A stretch of 64,000 bases of DNA from Mobula hypostoma (taxonomy: Eukaryota), in the NCBI RefSeq assembly GCF_963921235.1, contig NC_086108.1, positions 53,446,001 to 53,510,000 on the forward strand, in the 5' to 3' direction. Position 1 is the first letter of the stretch. Each line of letters begins with the position of its first letter. The notes under the pieces are model-generated. The model saw nothing but the letters and a program-made list of their open reading frames with translations. It ran no database searches and was not told the DNA's origin. Of the stretch, positions 40,017 through 53,439 are shown piece by piece. Made by a program: the position numbers and the translations under genes.

Positions 40017-41729
40017 TAGTTAGAGAAAAAATCTAAATGTGGTTCCAGAACTGATTTCCATGTTCAACGTCACACTTTACGCTCAAATTATGAAAAATAC
40101 TGTATTACCATTTGCCAGTAAGATAAAATTTTGAAGGCGATCTTGTTGATTATTGTCTAGTACCATTTGCAGTTCATTTTCAGGCATGTTTCTTAAAAAG
40201 AAATGCCAAACATAGTGAAGTATAATAGGGTCGAAGGAGTAGACTGCATATATCCCATTTATTTAGTAGAACAGTGCAAGCATTTCTCTGAGCAGTCTGC
40301 AGGATGAACAAACAGAGGGAATATCAACTGGGAAATTTATCTTTGATCCTGAAAGGATAAAAATGCTCATCATTTGGTAACTTGGATCTTAAGGTATATC
40401 ACCAAACACTGCCTCAAAACACATCCAAGAACTTGTTCAGTTTCATTTGACATTTAGCAAAGTGTAATTTTGGGAGAAAAGTATTGTAATTAATCTTTAT
40501 CTACTTGATGAGCCTGCAACCTACTTAGAACATGCACAATCACCTAACTTATAATTCCGCTACTGTGTGAACTAGACACAGTATTTTAGAATGGGTTAGC
40601 CAGTGGACTGGGCAAGAATATCATGCTGCTTTTTAATCTGTTTTTGTTTGTTGAGAGATCCTGATTTGAAAAAGAAACATGTTTTCACAAGTACATTCCT
40701 TACTATTTGGAAAGTTGGTTTTGCAGCAGAACTGTTGTCTTTTCCGCAAACTAATGCAGTATGCCTTTTGAAGACAAATCAGACTTCTGATGCTTGATCT
40801 GGAACGAAATCAAAGAAAAGTGGATTTAACCCTTTAGGTTAACCCTATGTCACGCTGGGATAAAGAGAAAACAAATTTGTTTAAAATTGCAAAGGATGAG
40901 GGAGGACTGGATAGGGCAAGTTGAAAATCTCTGGTGAGGTGAAGCCAAGGAAGTGGCAGAAATCGCCATGGATGAATTGTTAGCCTCAAAGACTCGGTAA
41001 AAAGGGAGTACCAGAGGAATTCTATCCTAGCTCTGCCCAGGAAGAAAGGAGGTGAGTGTGGAGGTGCCCAAGAATATATGTGAGGTGGTTTATGCTTTGT
41101 CAAATATGTCAAAAGGAAGCCATGGCTTAGGAAAAAAAAAAGAAGACAACATAGAGGTACCAGTGTGGAAAGTACATAATCAGAACAAATACAATAGAAA
41201 CAGGAGAATCCAGTTATAAAAGGGAATTCTTAAATGAGAATGGTGGGAAGAAGCATGGTCAAGATAGCTGTGAGAGTCTTTTTTTCCTTTTTTTTTGCTC
41301 GTCTGCCCATGAGATTGAAACAGAGATTCAGAAAGCAATGCATCTCACTCTCCACCCTCTGAGTTAAAACCAACTTGTCTTCTCTCACATAGTCCTGCCA
41401 AAGGGTCTTTATCTGAAATGTTAATTCTGTTACTATGTCTCCAGATGGTACCGAACCCGATGAGCATTTCAATTTTATTTTGGAAACATTATATGAACTG
41501 AGCAATCAGGAGTGTAGGCTGGTAATCATAAATGTCTGAGAGCCACACTTATTTCATATGAGCTATTGAATTTATTGTGTCTACATTCGTCACTTTTTCT
41601 GATGAACCAGTGTCAAATCTCCTCCTCCTGCTCTTAGTGGCAAATATCCAATTCCCTTCTAAAATATCTGAATTTTGCCCCAGTGATAATTCTTTCCTTG
41701 TGATTTATAAAATTTCTAACCTACCAGTG

Positions 41730-42420
41730 GTTCAATTTAATATCAGAGAATATATACAGTATACAACCTGAAATCTTTATTCTTCACAGACATCCACAAA
41801 ACAGGGGGAAAATCCCCAAAGAATGAATGACAGAAAATATTAGAACCCCAAAGCCCGCAGCAAAAGCATCCAACCTCCTCCCCCTCCTTGCTCCAGCAGG
41901 CATCAATCCCTCCACCATGCAAGCAAGAGCAAAGCCCCCAGACACCATGATCTGGAGTCCATCAGAAACCACTGTCCATCCCAACACTTCAACATTTCAG
42001 ACATGTGCTCTCTCTCACTAGCGAGGGAGAGAGATACAGTATATCACTCCTGCCACAACGTGAGGGGAGACCAACAGCTCGCTGTTTCAGTGTTATAATC
42101 TGTTGCATCACTTATCACTTGTCTGAATTCTTCTGACTTGAGGACTGTGGGGTGGGAGGATAGAGAGGGAGAGAGAGAGAAGGAAAATGAATGGGAATCA
42201 CTCAAGTGCACAGGCCATCTATTGACAGCAGCGTACGTCACCTGTCTGCATCTCACTGTCTCAAAGTTTCAAATTCCCGCGACGCTTCAGTTGGCAACAC
42301 TGGTTGAGGAATCGTGTCGTCTGTAGGACCACACGTCTTCCAGGCCGCACTAGAGATACCAAAATGCCAGTCCACTCAGCGAGTTCCAAGAGCGAGAACC
42401 CACTGCCCGTGAAGAACTGT
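41730..42420 (-). mobile_element. Non-autonomous retroposon with Rex-type 3' tail
   Basis: Its left end (tatacaacctgaaatctttattc) resembles the tail region at 57894-57960; GC-richer than the flanks; no coding remnant recognised. Confidence 0.45.
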
Positions 42421-42536
42421 AGTTTGAGCTTTTGTGATTATCTTAAATAAAACTGTTGAAGCAATATCACATTTACCCTATAATCCCAAATACTTACATT
42501 AAAAACTGTACATAATTGACTCTTTTTCAATGACAG

Positions 42537-42720
42537 GTATGATTATGAGGAAGTAGATGCTGCAGCAGCAAGTAAAATAATGAAGGATATGGAGGCAGTA
42601 ATGTTAGACCGTGCTTTCGTTGGCCATAAATTCACAGTTTGTGAAGAAGAATACATTGTGGAAAAGGCTGATAATTTTGAATACTGTGACCCTGTTGATG
42701 GCAGTATTTCCAGAAATCAG
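42537..42720 (+). CDS. PGM1: Phosphoglucomutase 1, exon 9
   Basis: Read manually as [61 protein letters not shown]; tgacAG / GTagga; 184 bp. Confidence 0.96.
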
Positions 42721-43987
42721 GTAGGAAATGTTAATGTGATGTAATTGCACAATAGCTTGTTTTCCATAGAGGTAAGTTAAGGGGTAACTTGTTGGTAACT
42801 TAAATTGTGGGAATCTTGAAGATCGTGCTCTGAAATGTATTTTGGGGGACAAGGTGGGAAAGAAGTACAGGTGCTGACTTCTAATAATTTAGTTTCTTTA
42901 AAGTTGCCAATCAAGGATACTTGTCAGGAAAGAACAGAAAAACCAGGAAGCAGCTGGGGTTATCTGTACAACTGATGAGAAATTTGGATGCTGTCTTTTT
43001 AAAAAGTAACTAATATGAGTTATATTGATCAAACAAGACTGATTAGGTTCAGTAGGTTTGTGTTCATTAGAATCTGGAAGAGTCAGAGAGATCTAATTTA
43101 AGCTTCCAAAGTTCAGACTAGGTGCAGGGAGGATATCTCCCATGGTTGGCATAAACAAAGGATTACTATCTCTTTAGTTGAAGAGATTCTGGACTAAGAT
43201 GAGGAATAATTTCTGAAGAGTAATGAATCTGTGGAATTGTCATCGGAAGACTTCAGAAGCCAAATTGCTTAATATATTTAAGGAGATGGGTAAATTTCTT
43301 GATGCAAGAGGTGGTAAAGAGAGAGAGTGGGAATATGGTACTAAAATAGATGACGGACTATGATCATGATTTCTGATCCTATTGAATGGCAAAGAAGGCT
43401 CAAGGAGTTGCATATCTTACTCCTATTTTCTGTAATTCAGTGTAATAATGAGCTGCAATCAGTTAGAACTTTAATTCTTTTTTGTTCAGAAATGAAAATC
43501 TATTTTATTGTGGACAGTGTAGTTCCTTGTGGGTCAATATTGAAAAGCAATTTGATTAAAATATTAAAAACCTAAATCATAAACTGACATTCATTTTTGT
43601 TGAGAATTATCAACTTTATTCAGAGTCAGAAGTTCAAACAAAAACATAACAGTATATTGGAATAGTACAAAGCTTTTAGTCTAAAATAGATTATGGCATA
43701 TCTATGATTTTTGAACATGCAGTAGCTGTGGTAGATGCTGAAAATTTTATCACTTTTTCCATCTCTGAAATCTGTCATAACAAAATAGAAGTGGTCAAAC
43801 AAAGATTTTTGTAAAGTCAGAAGGGGAAAAAGTTTCAAATTTTATTTCACATTTACATATTAAATATTTCAGTGTAATGTTCAATCCATTTACAGTTTAA
43901 CAAAATATTACCAGACTAAAATATTAATTTCCTTTCCGGCTAAGATGAATAGCCACAGGTAACTTCTATAACTACACCTATATAATG

Positions 43988-44740
43988 CTTCCAGGTGAGG
44001 CAACACTTCATCTGCAAATCTGTTGGGGTTGTCCACTGTATCCAGTGGTCCCATTGTGGCCTTCTGTATATTGTGAGACTATTGTAAATTGGGGGACTGC
44101 TTTGTCAAGCACCTCTGCTCCATTTGCAAAATGCAGCATTTCCCAGTGACCAGCCATTTTAATTTCTATCCCTGATCCCATTCCGACATGTCATTCCACG
44201 GCCTCCTCTTCTGCCACAATGTGGCCACTCTCAGTGTGGAAGAGCAACACCCATATTTCCTCTATGTAGCCTCCAACATGATGGCATAAGCATTGAGTTC
44301 TTCTTCCAGTAATTTTTTTTACCTCCCCCTTCCCTCTTCTTCTTTCTTACTCTGGACTCTTGCCTTTTCTTGTCTGCCTGTCACTTCCTCCCTGGTGCCC
44401 CTCTCCTTTCCTCTCTCCCATGGTCCACTCTCCTTCTCCCATGGCCCACTGTCCCTTCTTATCAGATTCCTACTTCTCTAGCTCTTGGCCTTTTCCACTT
44501 TTCACTTCCCAGCTTCTTAATTCATCCCCACTCCCCATATACCTGGCTTCATTTGTCATTTTCTAGCTTGTCCTCTTTCTCCTCCACCCAGTGTTTTATT
44601 CTGGCATCTTCCCCCTTCCTTTCCAGTCCTGATAAAGGGTCTTGGCCTGAAATATTGACATTTATTCATTTCCATAAATGCTGCCTGACTTGCTGAGTTC
44701 ACCCAGCATTTTTGTGTGTAACTTGCAGTTTTCTCAATTT
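43988..44740 (+). mobile_element. Penelope-like 3' fragment (decayed GIY-YIG + pLTR)
   Basis: ttccaggtgaggcaacacttcatctgc.. parallels 25547-25879; decayed hammerhead at ~44625-44660. Confidence 0.85.
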
Positions 44741-45242
44741 TTCTCCTCGAGTTGCTGAATGATTTTATGCAGTTGCCTCCGTTCCTGGGATAGACTATCC
44801 TCAAGCCTTTCCTTTATATATAAACTTAAATAAAAGTCAGCAAGATATTGGAACATCTGAGGAAGATGTTAACCAAAAACAAATTCTAAATTAATTGGAA
44901 ATTTATGCATACATGCTACCCAGGAGTAGTTGAGGGAAGATTACAGCTTTTCTCATTTGCCTGTTATCTCAAGTATCTAAGAGCAACAAAAAAAAATACA
45001 GTTGCTATTCTATCACCAATCTGCTAACTCAAAAACTAGGAATTAAATCTTCAGAAGAGATGTGAATATCTTTCTAATTTCTTGCTGGAAGATAATACAA
45101 ATATTCTACTTTTACATTTCTTATGCACCAATAGCTCATGGTAACAGAAAGCTGTGTGTATTTAGAATATATGTCATGTCGTTAACAAGTCACAGCATCA
45201 GTGTCAGCTTGTGAATAATTGTCATAAATCTTATGTTGACAG

Positions 45243-45377
45243 GGATTGAGAATAATTTTCACAGATGGATCACGCCTTATCTTTAGATTAAGTGGAACTG
45301 GCAGTGCTGGAGCAACCATCAGAGTTTATATTGATAGCTACTATAAAGATGCTTGTAAAATCTTCAAAGATCCACAG
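45243..45377 (+). CDS. PGM1: Phosphoglucomutase 1, exon 10 (phosphate-binding RLSGTG loop)
   Basis: Read manually as [45 protein letters not shown]; tgacAG / GTaatt; 135 bp. Confidence 0.96.
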
Positions 45378-46327
45378 GTAATTATTTAGTCTACAAAGTG
45401 AATTTCAATTCCCATCCTCCTTTATCTTTTATCTAAACACTTTATGTTGTGACCTTGCTTCTCCAAACTATATAATTATATGCAATAAGACAACAGCATA
45501 GAAGTTCATTTTTACTGGAAACCTGATTGGGATTTCTATAAATCAAGAAGAGGATAATTTTACTTCCTGCTGCAACCTTGGTTAAAACCTACAATTTAAT
45601 TCATGAAGTATCATGTTTTGTTAGAATTATTTATTGAGATATTGCAGATGAAAATTGATGACTACTTAATAAGTTTGTTTTGAGCAAGCCAAACGCAAAC
45701 AGCAGCACATGAGCATTTTCAGTACTGTATTTGGAAAAAGCTACCTGGCCCATAATTTACCAGGTTTGTTTGAAAACTGATTTTCTAACAAGTAAATGTT
45801 CAATCTTGGCTGACAATCTGCATGATTTTCTGGCAAATTTTCAAGCATGTATTAAGAAAAGAACATCTCAGCCTAATTTTCCAAGGCATTGATAGACAGA
45901 AAAATTCTCATAATAGTTCAACTGTTTCCCCAGAGTCTGGAAAAAAAATAAAAAGACTAAAATAAAACTAAATAGGATTGCCAATGAAAACAACTAATGT
46001 ACAATGTTTCTCTATGAAGGAATCTCTCCATGTCTGATTGAGTAATTGTGTGTAACTCATTTTGTGTTATTTTTACTTTGACCTTTTGCTTTCTTTTAAA
46101 CTTATGGCTCAATGCTTTGCTGATTGCAACATGAATCAAATGATAATTAACACAATAATTTCCAGTTTTCTAAAATGTATTTAATCTTATGAATATATCA
46201 TAACCATGTGGTTTGATCTTACTTGCTAATTTAGTCAGGGATGTTTCCCTTGTTGGAAGCATTATTTGAGGGGAAAGAACTCCTTTTGTTTTATCCATAG
46301 CATAAAGCTTTGGATAATTTGGGTCCA

Positions 46328-49148
46328 CAGTGGTTTGCAGACTTTTTTGGGTTTAACCCACCCCCCAGCCTCTCCAGTGCCCCTCTCTCCCTTTCTGGCT
46401 ATTACATAAAATATATATATATTGATTTATGATGCATCGTGAAAGAAAATGGAAACTTTTCATCAACAATTTTAGTGTACATTAGTAGTCCAACTATTTA
46501 CTACTTCATTGCTTCTTCAACTTTCAATGACGTGGATGGGCTTGGTGCAGTGATATCAGGCTGAATGTCACTCAGAAGGAGCCTCAGATAACCCACGTTC
46601 AGTAATTTGCAGTCTGTTCCATTGCTTTGAAAGAAGTTGATTGACTGTACTGAAAGCACATTCCACTAAAGATGGTGGTGGAAAGGAAATAAGGAACAGC
46701 TTGACCTTTATCCACAGCGCAAGATAGCATTCAGAGTTGTCTTTCTGCAACCAAAAGTCTTGATATGACTTCTTGAACCTTCAGTTCCAAGTAATTTTGT
46801 AGAGAGATCAATCCTTCTGCCATCTCCTCATTACAAGTATTCAAGAATAGATTTATTACCCAATCTGGAATTTGGATCAAGAGAAGATCCTGAAATCTCT
46901 CTGACATGTCTTTATGCAGCTCACCCAGGTGGGCACAGTATACTTGAAGATCATCATCTAGTGTTGTTTATTTCTCTTCTGTTACATACCCCATAACTGG
47001 GTTGCCAAACCAGCAGAAATGGAACGCTTGTTGGAGTCTGGATTACTAGGAACTAATAAAGTTTTATTAAAGAAATAAGTAATACAGTACACTAATCGTA
47101 AGGATATAATTGTAACAGGTTAGCAATGATAATACACACATATACACAGAACTAGGGTAATAGGAATCAACCAAGCTCTATCGCAGTCTAGGGGTAAAAT
47201 GATCAGTCTTAAGTGAAGCAGAGTTCAGTTCAGTTTAGTGCAGTTCGAAGTAGTCGCTGTTGTTGTACCGTTGGGGGGAGAAGGAGTGAGAGAGAATGAT
47301 GCAGTTGGTTTCGGGCAGACCTTTTGATGTCTTCTGATCCTGCTGTGGTCACCGACCGTGACCCTTCTGTTCCGGATACGATCGTTCTTCCGTGGTGAAC
47401 CCGGCACCCAGTCAAGGGTGGACACACACCCCAGGTTCCCACCAATCGTACCTTTACATCCTGTGAGCCTCTGACCAATTCCCGCGAACCGGTCCTCCAA
47501 ACTCTCACCAACTTGTGGGGGCACACTGCTCTTTCCAGGGTCTCGTGGCGTGTCGTGCCTTAGCAAACCTGCTCTTTTTATCCCCCTGCTGGGGTATCCC
47601 CGGTCCATCAAACTTCAAACAGTTCAGGTTCAAAGCAAATGGTCTGTCAATATCTGAATTGTGTTTCTTTCTCGTTAATCTCTCTCTTCTCTCACTAGCA
47701 TTTTGAATGTTTCTCCATTGTCTTCCGTTATCTCTCTCATTAGCATCATCCGTCCGGTAGCTTTGCTTGGTGTCATATATGACACTTACAACTCAGAGAG
47801 TTTCTGAAATTGGAAAAGGTGTAATGGCCAGTGTTGCACATAGAATTAACTTGGACAGAAATGTGAAGACAACTGATTTGACTTTGATAAGATTTGCATC
47901 ATTTCCTTGCAATTGAAGATAAAGTTTCATTAAACTTTATGAATAATTCTGACAAATAAGCAATGTCATGCCTAATATTCATGAGTGGATTACTGAATTT
48001 TCAAAGCATTTTATCACATTTTAAAAAATGCATAGAAGTATCTCAGGCAGTTCTTTTTTAGAGCCATCTGACTTCTGTGTGCAAAAGCAAGCATTCAATC
48101 TCATAATAATTGTTAATACAAAACTCTCAAACTAGTCAAGAACTGAGAGCGTGGGACTTGTTTTTATTTATCCCTGTGATAACCGTATTTAACAATTTGT
48201 ACAGCCAATCACTTAGGTTTTTTTGTGACTAGATGTTGTCTGTGAATTACACAGTGAATAGTAAATATGTTAGCTACACCTATTTCAAGAAAGTAATAAC
48301 CCCATGGTGGCATCTTGTCATTGATGGTGCCCTTTCTGTTGCACAAGCCAGAATGCTGGTGAGCAGAATATCCTTCTCTTTGGAAAAATTGCTTACAGCC
48401 CAAAATATTGACTCCCCTTCATGTCTGTTTCTAGTCCCTTTGCAAATAACAACTCTTAACCATGCTTTCATCTTTTGTGAAGCAAACATAGCCAAGGAAC
48501 AAAGATCTGTTGCCTGGCAAAGATGATTCATCCAACTGCAGAGCAAATTCTATTGTCCTATGTATGTTGCACAATGTGCTTTCCACATCCTCTTGTTTCA
48601 TTTATTCATCTTTGAACAGAGTTGTTGCTGAGCAGAATAATTTTAATTGTTTGATCTAGTGACTTAAGCAAATCCGTACTCAGAACCTGAACTTTACTCT
48701 ATTAAACACCATACCCTAGTTCACAGAAATTGTGTCACTGTGTGATTAGAATATGAGCGTTGTATTAGCTAACACTGTACTACAGTAGTGAATGGCAATA
48801 ATGCCATGGCCGAGCCTGGAAATAACATGATTTGTTAAACACAGATATCTCATGATATGCTAAATACAGAAGTAGCACATTGTTGTTCAACAACTATAAC
48901 GCACTTCGAGCAATGTCTAAGGGAACAGTGGGTTAGCAAGAGATGAGATGATGACGCGATCATTATAATCAATTGTGAGGCACTGAGGATCAAATGTTTA
49001 TAATAAGTAATTCATTTCTTAGATGTAATCCATCAGCTGTCGCCATTGCTGCTAAGCACTTGCCCCACATAACCCTTTATCTTTATCGCCCTCTTAGAAA
49101 CTCCCACCATCCCCAGGGGGGTGATATCGCCCACTTTGGGAACCATTG
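46328..49148 (-). mobile_element. hAT (Charlie/Buster) DNA transposon, decayed
   Basis: Ends CAGTGGTTTGCAGAC ... TTTGGGAACCATTG. Minus-strand IHCVIHRQHLVTKK, ACATERAPSM and LWIKVKLFLISFP..LVECAFSTVNQLL..RLQITERG. Confidence 0.85.
46980..47784 (-). mobile_element. Solo LTR (Gypsy-like) nested in hAT element
   Basis: TGTTACATA...TATATGACA termini; flanks CTTC/CTTA (4-bp TSD, one mismatch); AATAAA on the minus strand near 47055; the hAT transposase sequence continues on both sides. Confidence 0.7.
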
Positions 49149-52100
49149 ATTTGGGACCCTTAAATCAAATCTTAATGTGGCATACCTGAAATCCTTCTCT
49201 GAAGGCAATTAATTATAATTAAGATATAGCTTCTCATTGTTATCCCATCTTTTATTCATTGTCATCGTTGATGGTTAGTTTTCATGGTTTTCAGCTAAGG
49301 AGAATTGTTGCATCTAAATTCACTTGTGTTCTCATTTACGAATTGGCTTCTAGCCAGTGGTGCTGCATTGTAGTCAGCAGTGATACCATTGAAGTTTAAT
49401 AGTCTCCTTCATTGTAGATCATTGAAGCTTGATAGACCTCTGTTACACTGATTGAAATTAATTCGCAAAGTATGGCTGATGGAGCTCCCTTCTGAACTTC
49501 CCAGTTAGTGTAGTTCAATTACTAACTGGATGGCTCTCAGTGCTGTAGTTCGTAAGTGAATTGTAACACTTGGAATTTTGTTGCCAATCTCCATTGATGA
49601 TCGCTAATCAGAGGTGGTGTTACCACAGTTTGACTTAGTGTTTCTGCAGCAATGACAAAAGAAAAAACAAATCAGCTCGTGTACCTTGGTCTTGTTAGTA
49701 TTTAAGGATCTATTTTGAAATCATTAACTTCATTCCCTGTTTACTCAATAGACAAATACTGTACTCTCTGCTAGCTTTTATTATCTCAGGTAATCAAAGT
49801 TCATTGTAATAGGTATAGGAGGGTAACCAGCACTAATGGAATGTTTTGCCCTCAAATGGTGAGAAAAATTGATAGGGAATGATTTTCCCCTTTATATGCA
49901 CTGTATTTCATTAGCATTTTGTTATAATGACCCATAAAGTTGAGATCAGAGTAACTGAAATTTAAGTTGTTCTTCTACCAAAATTAGTAATGTCTGGCTA
50001 GAGTTCATGACTTGATTAACAACCTCCAGTTTAAGTAGAAACACATCTAGTGAGCTGCGCGAACTGAATGCTGAAGGAACTGAGCAAGTCAGGCAGATCT
50101 ATGGAGGGGAATAAAAGACTTCCATATGCTGCCTGTCCTGCTGAGTTTCTCCAGCATTTTGTGTGTTTTGCTCAGGATTTCCAGCATTTGCAGAATCTCC
50201 TGTGTTTACGATTAGGTGCTTTTAATGAGCTGTTTGCTTGGTGTGGGTCTGCACATGTGTGTGCATTATTAATGAGTTTTTAAACTATTGACTTACGTTT
50301 TAATTCTGTAACAAACATGCATAAAACAATGCTTTAGGTATAGTTATTTTTTGACAGTTTTATTAATTAAAATTATAAAAAATAGTCTTTAATATCTTAA
50401 TGGTTAAATAGAATCTTGGAAACCAAAAGGTTCCAGATCTGACCTTCACTGATAGGATAGCATTTGGGGTTCTATTTATGGTCCTTGAGTTCTTGTGTCA
50501 AAGTGAAGAAGTGCAGCCAAAATGCTGATTTCACTTCTGTGACTTGTGGTAGAAAGTGTGCATGTGTTTTTTTTTGATGGCTACTTCCCAAATTAAACAC
50601 CTACAAGAAATAAATTGGCTTCTAAGTCCACACAGGAAGAGTGGCCACTTGGATTAGGCGCAAGTGAGTTCCACTGCTGGTAAGACTCTGCAGGATCACT
50701 CAATGCCATCAGGAGCTAAAGACCAAAAAATTGTAAAAATAATGCAGTGTAATGTTACAATTTAATGAAACAGAAAAGTGCATGCTGTGAAATGTGTCAG
50801 TAGTTAACAGATGTGCTGTTAGGAGATTGATATTAACCATGACATTTTAGAAAAGCAGACTTCTCCCACAGAATGAAAAATCTTGAAAAGATTCAGACAT
50901 TAGTTTCCTTCCTGTGACCTCATGATATTGTATACAGAAGAACAAACTAAACAGAAAGATTCAACTCAGAAATTCACACATTTACTTTAAAGCAATAAAC
51001 TACAAGATACATTGAACATGCAAAATAGTGCAGTGAAAGTAAGACAAAATTGAATACACACATTATTTTGGAAAATGCCCACTCTGTTGTCATTAAAATT
51101 CTGAGAGATTCAAACCCTGAGGTTTATTTCAACATTGTATAAGAAGATGATTTGGTCAATTGGCTTCTTGTAGAGCAACTATTCAGCCACATTCCCTGAT
51201 GGTTTTTTTTTGGGAGTGGTCCTTCAAGTTATTTCCCCTCAAGTGCCTATCCAATTCACTTTTGGAAGTCCCAATGGACTCTAACTGTGATCCCATCACC
51301 CTTACAGTTAGTGACTTCCAGATCAATAAAAGGCAACCAAGTTCTGAATTTTGTTTTTAACGCATCTGTAGCTTTTACCCATCAATTTGAATCTGCTCTG
51401 CTTCTCTCTATTGCTCTTTCAGTCTACCATGACCTTGTTAAACTCTCAACTTCTGTGGCTCCAAGGGGAACAATACAAGCTTCTCCAGATGAGTGTTGTA
51501 TCTAAATCCCTCAACCCAAGTCTTTATGTGTACTGCTTCCAATTTTACTTAGACAGCATGCCTTTCCTTGGTAAAGACCAGCACAAAGTACTCAGTAAAT
51601 ATTTGAACATTGCAATTCCTTTCTCTTCACATGTTCCTTTCCTGGTCCTTAGTTAGCATCTAGCTACTCTGCCCCTCCCCATTTCCATCCCTTCACTTGT
51701 TTGACATCTTTGCTAGTCCTTTAGGTTCAAGGATGACTTGTTTCCACTGGCATTGTGGGTTCAGAAGTGGCGAATGAAGCTAATGAATGGTCTGTAGATT
51801 CTTGCAAAAGATAGGGCTGGTAGTTGGATGGTGGATAGTTGAGGTGGTAGGGCCTGATGTGTGCTCCTGATGAATGACCTTGATGTCCAGATACTGTTCC
51901 CAATGCTTGTATTCCACTTCTGGGTATTCTCAGGGAAGATATATATTTACCATCAGCTTGAGACATCCCCAGTTTAAAAGTCTCCGATTGTTTTCTTACG
52001 GGTTTACCTTCCAAAATATTGGGAATTCCCCAATATAACCACTCTAGAATTATTGCATATCAAACTTCCTGCAAAAATGCCCCATTTTTTCCTTTACACT

Positions 52101-52150
52101 ATTTAATGATATATAAATGACCTTCAATAGTATAATTTTCAATAGTATAA

Positions 52151-52467
52151 CTGGGTCACCCCCCCCCCCCCGTCTTTCTTCCCGGACCTCCTGTCCCATG
52201 ATCCTCTCGTATCCCCTTTTGCCTATCACCTGTCCAGCTCTCGGCTCTATCCCTCCCCCTCCTGTCTTCTCCTATCATTTTGCATCTCCCCCTCCCCCTC
52301 CCACTTTCAAATCCCTTCCTCACTCTTCCTTCAGTTAGTCCTGACGAAGGGTCTCGGCTTGAAACGTCGACTGCGCCTCTTCCTATAGATGCTGCTTGAC
52401 CTGCTGCGTTCACCAGCAACTTTGATGTGTGTTGCTTGAATTTCCAGCATCTGCAGAATTCCTGTTG
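52151..52467 (+). mobile_element. Short PLE pLTR insertion, nearly identical to 25990-26305
   Basis: Direct match to the 3' end of the long PLE; 15-bp TSD TTTTCAATAGTATAA (52136-52150, 52468-52482). Confidence 0.92.
52337..52372 (+). ncRNA. Minimal type I hammerhead ribozyme
   Basis: AGTC-CTGACGA-AGG gtctcgg CTT-GAAA-CGTC^GACT; core intact, one G-U pair in stem II. Confidence 0.82.
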
Positions 52468-53028
52468 TTTTCAATAGTATAATGTATATTTTGAATCTTA
52501 ATTTCCAACCATATGGTCTATTATTTGCACAAGGATATTCTTTCTCTAATCTATTATCTTCCTTTAAACTATTATTTTTCTTTACGCAGCTTCCTTGAAG
52601 AATATTATGAACATATTGTAGTACTCTATTATCTTAGCCACATCAATTGGGATGTATCTGCCCACAATCTCTTCCTAAACATTGGAATGCGTTTCAACTG
52701 GCTGTTTTCATCACTCCACATTCTCCACCACCATTAAACTGCCCATTGTATTTATTCAGAGTTTCACCCGCCCATCTATCATATTGAGTATTCATCATTC
52801 ATTCTCCCTACTCCTGCACTTTGGGATGATCAACCCCCTTGTTATCCTGAATAGCATTGTCATCCTGGACCACACAGGTTCAGGGTATGCTTACTCTCCC
52901 TTGTGTTCAAGATTGATTCCAGCTAAAAAGTCTTAGTTTAAATTTGATTACCTGGAAGTACTTTCTGCACTCGTTCCAGAATTCTGAAGATTCCACATGA
53001 TGTAAGAATTGAGTCTCAGCAGTCTTAG

Positions 53029-53388
53029 CAAGGGGTGATTGATAAATTTGTGGCCTAAGGTAGACGGAGTCAATTTTAGAAAACCTAGCACATTTATTTT
53101 TCTTACACTTACACACTTAGTCCAGCGGTCGTGGAGCATCTGGATCCCTTCTTTGTAGAAGTCGGCATCTTGGACCTCCAGAAGTGGTCCACAGCAGGGG
53201 TGATTGAAAGGTTTGTGGCCTAAAGTAGAAGAAGATGAGTAGAAACTTCAAACTTTCTGCATTTTCACTCAGAGTTGAACTGCATGTGCATGTAATGAGA
53301 GCTTCTTAACTCATCTCCTTCTACTGTGCTAGGTTTTCTAAAACTGATTCCTTCTACCTTAGTCCACGAACTTATCAGTCACTCCTCG
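53029..53388. mobile_element. Mariner-type MITE
   Basis: ~60-bp imperfect TIRs AGGGGTGATTGATAAATTTGTGGCCTAAGGTAGA..AGAAAACCTAGCACA / TGTGCTAGGTTTTCT..AACTTATCAGTCACTCCTCG followed by TA. Confidence 0.75.
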
Positions 53389-53439
53389 TATCTTACAAAA
53401 CTGTGTTGGTTGCATTATGTTGCCCATTGGACCATATGG

